Part shown: positions 57,261 to 64,000 of the stretch, in pieces
Numbering within the stretch: the stretch's first letter is position 1
How the letters are laid out: each line of letters starts with the position of its first letter
Source of the DNA: Trichoplax sp. H2
Taxonomy: Eukaryota
Length of the DNA stretch: 64,000 nt
Assembly (NCBI GenBank): GCA_003344405.1
Contig: NOWV01000144.1
Span: 62,001-126,000 of the forward strand
Direction of reading: 5' to 3'
Position numbers and translations under genes: made by a program
The notes under the pieces: model-generated
Databases searched by the model: none
What the model saw: the letters and a program-made list of their open reading frames with translations, nothing else
What the model was told of the DNA's origin: nothing

Positions 57261-59712
57261 CAATCATGAAGGAAATACATTTTATTCCTTTCTAAATCGT
57301 ATCAATGCTGTCACTATCAATAGACTTTATTGTCGTAGAACAAAGCAGAAAATAGGTTCAATAATAGTAAATTATCATAAGACGACGGTTGATCAAGCAT
57401 AAAGTTTATGACTTAAATTATACTAGGACGCGGTAACTACTATTCTAATAACGGCTATTAAAATTTGAAAATGTAATAGTTAAGACACGACTACGAAAGA
57501 TATGAATTTTTGGTTATAATCATATACTGTAATTGTATCCATGATGAGTAGACGCATACGGAGCAAAATTTTTAGTATTTATTTTATATTACTGAAACAA
57601 ATCACTCACGGCTAATCTCGCTAATAGATTAAATAATCTATAAAAATTAAGAAAGTTGCAAGTTAAAGTATTAGCCTAAGTTCGCAATAATATACAGTAT
57701 TCATTTTATTCACTAGAAAGGCCTTGAATGATAACTAATTAGCAGTGATCTAATGCCAATTAACCTTTGATAGATTGAAAGAATAGCAATTAACTTCCAT
57801 CACAACCGATCTTTTCTTTTTTGAGATCACACCATCCTATCTAAAGGCTGATTGTATGCACTAAAAATAATGAAGTTCATTCTTCTCATTTACATAATCT
57901 TAACGTACTGCGACTATCAAGTTTGATAATTTCAATGTTACTTTATCCTATCTGAAAATGATCATCACTTCATAGAAAATTAATATCTCTATCATATTAT
58001 TTTCGTATTATTTGGTAATTCCAATTAAGAACGTGTGACTCTCAATATGTTGTTCATTAAGAAACAATCATGTTAGATAAAGACAATAGATTGATGTTTA
58101 TCGCTAACTTCTATTCATGTCTGATGATAGATAGAATTATATGGACGTCTTTAAAGGATCAATGAGATGACGCTAAAATCATTAGATAAAGTCATTAAGA
58201 TAACTCGTCATTATTGAAAAATACAATCGTTATGCTAGATTGTATTGTCAAGTTTGTGAACAATAAGATAAGCAACAGATGGGCATCGGTAATAGACGGT
58301 TATTAATTGATTTTAGGCATTGACAGCATTGAAATGAAGACGATATTCAAAGTAAAATGATTGATTAACTTGATCATCAATAAAATTGATAATGTAGTAT
58401 ATTATCATTAAACAACACAAAAATGATAAATAGTCATCAAAATAACATTGTAATTTACACCATTAAAATGCTTCTACTTTACCGTTAAAGTCTGTGCTGG
58501 ATAAAATCAATATTGTCCTTATAGTCAAGATAAAATAACCTTACTATACCTGACGTAATTATATTATCAATGTTTAAAGTTATTGCATTCCTTTGTATCT
58601 GAAGTGCATTAATCGAAAAAAATGCCACGAACTCAAGATAAGTAACTCGATTTGAAAACCAAGGGGACTAATACAAATACAAAAATAGAAGATTTAGATA
58701 TATTTAAAGGAGCTAGATCGATATGAGAATAGCTACGTTATCAAATAGACTTTAAATCCATTCGCACTCATATAAATTAAACATTGTAATCAAAAAAACG
58801 TTAAGAATTGGGACGGGATGTCTACTTGGGCGCGAAAAAATTTTAGACCGTATACCGTACAATGAACAACTATGCACATGGTAGCCCGTCCATGACTATT
58901 TTACTTACGGTACATGTCAATCAGTCATAATTAATTTAAATTAATGGATTGAATTATTTATTTGTGTTAATGCTATTCAATGCTATAGTACCGTACATTA
59001 AATTATCAATATGCCCGTACAGCACAGAATAAGTAATATTGGACAATCAATAATATTTCCTATACTGTTAATGCGTTGCTTTTACCATAGAATCAATAAT
59101 TAAACGAAGGTAAACCTTCCGGTAAAATATTACGTGCTAATATAAGCTTATCTTACGATCAAATGATATCGCAATATTTTTGCACTAACAACGTTCTCTA
59201 GGCTACAATAAACAGCAAAATTTTTTAATTTAATTCCAATATTATACTTAATCGATAGATATAAACAGGTATAAAACAATCGTAAGCTAACAATTAAGCA
59301 TACAAGTATACTACAGAATACTATCCCACAATTACATTGGAAAATTTTTTTGAAAACGCGATGTCGCTGGCATCGTCACTTTAATGACAAAAATTTTATG
59401 CATAACTAGCAGAAAATTAGCTGCATAACAACTACTGTGACCAGCTATTTACCATACTAAATTGTAGTGTACATTAACGCCTCACAAATAAAGGATTATA
59501 TTTTTCTTAACGGATAAATTAGTTTATTTGAAACGTTCAAATTTATTGAGTAAATTTCGTACCGCTTTATTAAAATCGTCACGTAAGTTAATGTTTACTT
59601 AATCATCCAAAGGAAGGTAAATCAAATTTTGAATAGATTATATTGGTCTACGTAATATGTCATAATACTTTAATAAGACGGTATACGAAGTAGAGTTTTT
59701 CATGCATATATT

Positions 59713-62050
59713 TTATCTCTTTACGACTTTATCATTACCACTCATAAATTTAACATTTAGCGGAAGTTTTAAAGTAACTAGCTTCCCGCCTGAAGCTATA
59801 CTATCGTCATCTTGTAGGCCTTTCTCCTTCTTCAATCGTGGCCCAGCATCAACATGACAACCAACTACCTTGGCTACATCGGTAAATCTAAAACAAAGAC
59901 AGATTCATTAATATTTATGAAACTAATCGGTAATTACCCATAACCGGCATAGATAAACAACCAATAGCCAGTAAGCGCTCATTGTAAACTATGCTTACAG
60001 TAAAAAGTAAGCGATAATTAATCAACTGTAATACAAACGTTGGGCATAACAAAATTTTTCATGACACTGACTAACCATAGAGACAAATCTTACAATAAAG
60101 TATCACCTTTTCTCTGTAATTTTGAGATCTCGGGCGAGAACGTTACAATTAAGTCGAAAATCGTCTATAAATAGCGCCAAAACAATAATACGGGCTAGTA
60201 ATTTATCCTTCGCGAATTTAGTTACACATCTAGTACAGAGAAAACAAATAGAATAACGTTAATATTCATATTTGTGTAATTGAGACCTTTCACTAAGCTC
60301 AATTACACCCATGTGACCGTGTACATAGTTAGCGTATATAAATTCTACATTTAGCCATCTATAAAAATTACCTTCCCAAATGGTAGTAACGTTTGTTTTG
60401 TGGATCATCGTTCAATTTTACAGAAAAATTGTCAAGTAAACTTATTTGTATTTTATCGGGTATGCCAACCAGAATTTCTATTAGAAATAATATAACATTT
60501 CAACGCAAAATACTCCATATAATTGTTATAAAAATTAAATCAATGAAATAATAAAACACAATCATTACCATTTTTACCACGAAAATCCTTAGCTTTTAAG
60601 TGATGAAATTGTATCAAGTAACTAATATACAATAAGTAGCATATCTTTTCTAGTTTTAGATTATCTTCCAAGGGGAGAATTTGTAGATGCTCCAAGAAAT
60701 ATTTTGATTTTCTACAATGTAGACGTGAAAACACATACAGATTTATATCTTAATGTCAAGAATACCTGACAAAATACTCCTCATATCAAAAACTTACGTC
60801 GGCTCATCTCTCCATTCTTCCAATTTTTCTTTAGTTGCATGCATAAATATTACGGCAGGTGTTTTCAAAACTTCCATCTCTTTCGGTGAAATTACTGGGA
60901 AATTATGCTAAGAAACAATTATTAACAAATGTCGATAAATTTTTTCTTACAGAAATAGGATACCTATACCTATACAAATAAAAATGAGATGAAAATAGTG
61001 AAACATAAAAAAGATACTGTCTTTAATATTGTAAACATTTTTCACATCCGTAGCATTAATATTGCACGGTGGCAAGAGAGTATCTTGTTCTTGCAGTTTC
61101 GCTTTAGGACTTTTAGGAGTTTGACTCCGGTGGTCTAATGCGTCTTTTGCAATAGAATCTAATTCTTTTTGCTCAACTTTGCTAGCTTCACGAGTCTTAA
61201 CTGCATTCCTCTTTTTTTTACTACCGAAAGCTTTTACCAGTTCATCATTCTATCGCAATAAAAATAATTCTTACATTCAGTAATACAATCAAGTAGTTTA
61301 CTTTAGCTCGTAGAATGGTCTCCTAACTGTTAAGTATAAATTATTTAGTATAATTCACAACAAAATGCTCCTTATCAACTGAGATATCTGCATATCTCTT
61401 GTTTGGCACAAGACTAACAGATCATATACTATTATGCATTCAAGATTGTACAAGATTGTCCCACTTATATAGTAAATTGCCAAAAGGTAAATGCTAAATA
61501 CTAAACGATGAGGTTAGCCAAGCAATATAACAAACTATGAAATGCACAGTATACAATCCAAACTATTCGTTAAGATAAGCTATATAACTACTATATAAAT
61601 AATTCTTGAAATGGTACATAGTACGCAGTAAATACCAGGGCTTATGGATAGTTGAAACATTGCTACTTGTACCTTTTCTAAAAGACTGCGATTCTTCCTC
61701 TTTTTTCGAGATTGATCATTTTCTTCTTTCACAACTATATCATTGTCAAGGTTATGTAGATAAATTAGCTAAAATCATTTCGTGATAACTTTTATGCAGC
61801 CAAAAATATGATAAACAAGTTAGTGCCATTAGTACCCAAACCTTCATTACCCACAGTACTTGATTATATGAAGTGGTAATAATAGTGATATAACCATATT
61901 TGCGCACAGTAATACCAACTTGCTAATCGTTACAACATAGACCATTTACATAACACGTGCATACCTTGCACCTCAGGATGAATTGTAAAAGTCTTCATAT
62001 CATAGATTTGCATAGTCTTAGATTCTTTGTTAACAACGCCTAAGTAATAT
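59713..62050 (-). CDS. POLR1E: RNA polymerase I subunit RPA49/PAF53 (5'-partial; upstream exons not identified in the window)
   Basis: Exons: 62050-61965, 61734-61673, 61249-61018, 60894-60798, 60711-60569, 60477-60372, 60229-60107, 59887-59713, all phase-consistent. Peptides YYLGVVNKESKTMQIYD, LVKAFGSKKKR, LLPPCNINATDVKNVYNIKDIISP, KDKLLARIIVLALFIDDF...LARDLKITEKR and KLVTLKLPL match the A49 family. Confidence 0.9.
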
Positions 62051-64000
62051 CTAACAAGTAATGTTACATTGAAATTTAATATCATAAAACAATTCATCAT
62101 CTTTTATAATGAATATCATAGACTCTATGGCATAGCTGAAGTGCCAGTACTTAATACGTGCATATATACTTAAGGTACGGCTATGTGCAAATACAACCCC
62201 GCCACCAAACAAAAATTATGCTTCATAAAGTCAGCAAGCATCGTAGCTACAAATATCTGCACCATAGCCTCAAGGTCAAACATGTAACACAATGTTATGA
62301 AATATTTCATGGATTTATCTTTCACTGTCAAGGCTAATTACGTATCTACAATTCACAACATCTATTCATTAGAAAAATCTGTAAATAGTATCATCTTTAA
62401 AGCATTTATTGCTAACTTGGGTAAATAAATTCGCTTAATCATCAGTGTAAAGACTTTGGTATTAGCTATGCTAATCATACACGCTCATTGTAATATGAGA
62501 CTGCAAAAGTAGTATTGTATCCTATTTTGCCTTCAACGTTATTCGTATATGATAGTAAACTCATTTCGTAGAAAACAAGTCATAAAATGCATAGCTCTGC
62601 AATGGCATCTCCTATTTTCTATGTACATATGATAGACATACCCATATTTATCTTAATTTATTAAACCTCTGTGCTTGGCGCTCTTTCTGCAATGGGTAGA
62701 TAGACATTTGTTTTACGCATACGAGTAAATTACATATCATATCGAACTGCATCAACTAACAACATCTAATAATATAAAATGTATCTAATTTCGATTGAAA
62801 TAAAATAATGTGGCTCATCTGCGGAGTGGCAAGGGCATATCTTAGTGACTATACTGTTTCTGTAGGCGAGGGTATAATGTGCTGTATTACTGATGATCAC
62901 TACCAAATATATGAGATCATCCAGGTACTAATTCTAGTGTACAGTAAGTTTATTTCAAGTGCTATAGCATACCTACACAAAGATCTTTATCAAGCTCATA
63001 GCAACGCATTTGTTTTCGTCGGCTAATACATAATATTCATCTATTAGGCTACTCTACTATACAATACAATTACAATCATTTGCACTACTGCATATGTACA
63101 TATGTAGCTGACGTACGCGTAATTTTTCTTTTTTATACTATACGCGTATATTACAATACAGTTTGCCATAATTAATTGATCATGCTGATTTGCGATACTC
63201 GATAAAAGTGTATTGCTAAGAGAAACATGTGTAATCCATGACGTATAAATGATTTTCCTTTTTTGCATATTAAACGAAGTTAGCTATAACTAAAATATGC
63301 TGATACACTCATATGATACTTGATACCTAGGTGCAATGCTGAAATTGACATGACTTATTCTCTACAGCTACACCGATGCCAAATGTAGTTGATGTATGCG
63401 TGATTATCCTTTTTGTGCTGTCCATTGGATTGCAGTTTGCTATAATTAATCATGATATATGATATTGATGGAATATGCAACTGTAACACTGAGAAGCACG
63501 ATAAATCCATAGCGTAAGGGTCTTTTCTATTTTTTGTATATCGGAATGCACCGGTTAGAATTAATCATGACGTAGTATACTTGATGGAGATACGCATTGG
63601 ATAGTGCTGCATATGATATTGCAAGATAATTTGCCAACATAAATATTCACAATGGATTTACGTTCATTTTGCAAGGATTGGTGCATCTGTGTAGCTTGGA
63701 ACGCGTAACAAAATACTAAACGGACAGTTTATCAAGCTCGTTAACATAACGATTCATGCCGATTTTATAATAGTAATATCTTCTATGTTACTAGATAGAG
63801 TACAGTATGTATGTATCTCTCTATATAGATATCACTATGCTACAGCATGATCACAATATACAGTAGCATCTACAACTATAACATTATACTCCAGGTTCAA
63901 GATAATGTCTCTTATCCTAACTGAAATACATTTTTGCTATTCCTATGACTGTCTATTAGTTTAGCTACCGCGGTTGAGATCCATCATCATTCGAGGTGAC

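Noticed and set aside
63570..63650. VNIYVGK... as the missing upstream POLR1E exon
   Set aside because: Only the YVG tripeptide matches, and the nearby donor gives the wrong phase.

Overview
This is AT-rich eukaryotic (animal) genomic DNA with compact spliceosomal introns. Gene content and style suggest an early-branching animal such as a placozoan, which is inference only. Four genes can be reconstructed by hand. (1) A USP35/USP38-family deubiquitinase (minus, 8 exons, ~942 aa). (2) A divergently oriented anoctamin/TMEM16 (plus, 20 exons, ~764 aa, with a GC-AG intron and a 23-nt micro-exon). (3) A giant FAT1/2/3-type cadherin (minus, 3 coding exons, ~4738 aa) whose ~11.6 kb first exon is split by an assembly artefact: a 179-bp overlap and a misplaced 102-bp satellite contig between two N gaps. 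(4) The 3' part of RNA polymerase I subunit POLR1E/RPA49 (minus, 8 exons seen, one intron U12-like). The ~19 kb upstream of Fat has no convincing coding sequence but carries several unrelated ~100-120 bp minisatellites. The first 6 kb holds a CAGTACTG-rich tract, a degenerate repeat cluster and candidate exons of an unidentified gene. I found no CRISPR array, tRNA, rRNA or transposase, and no clear novel multi-gene system. The most interesting points are a classical-cadherin-like beta-catenin-type motif in the Fat tail, an altered Ca2+ site in the anoctamin, and non-canonical introns.
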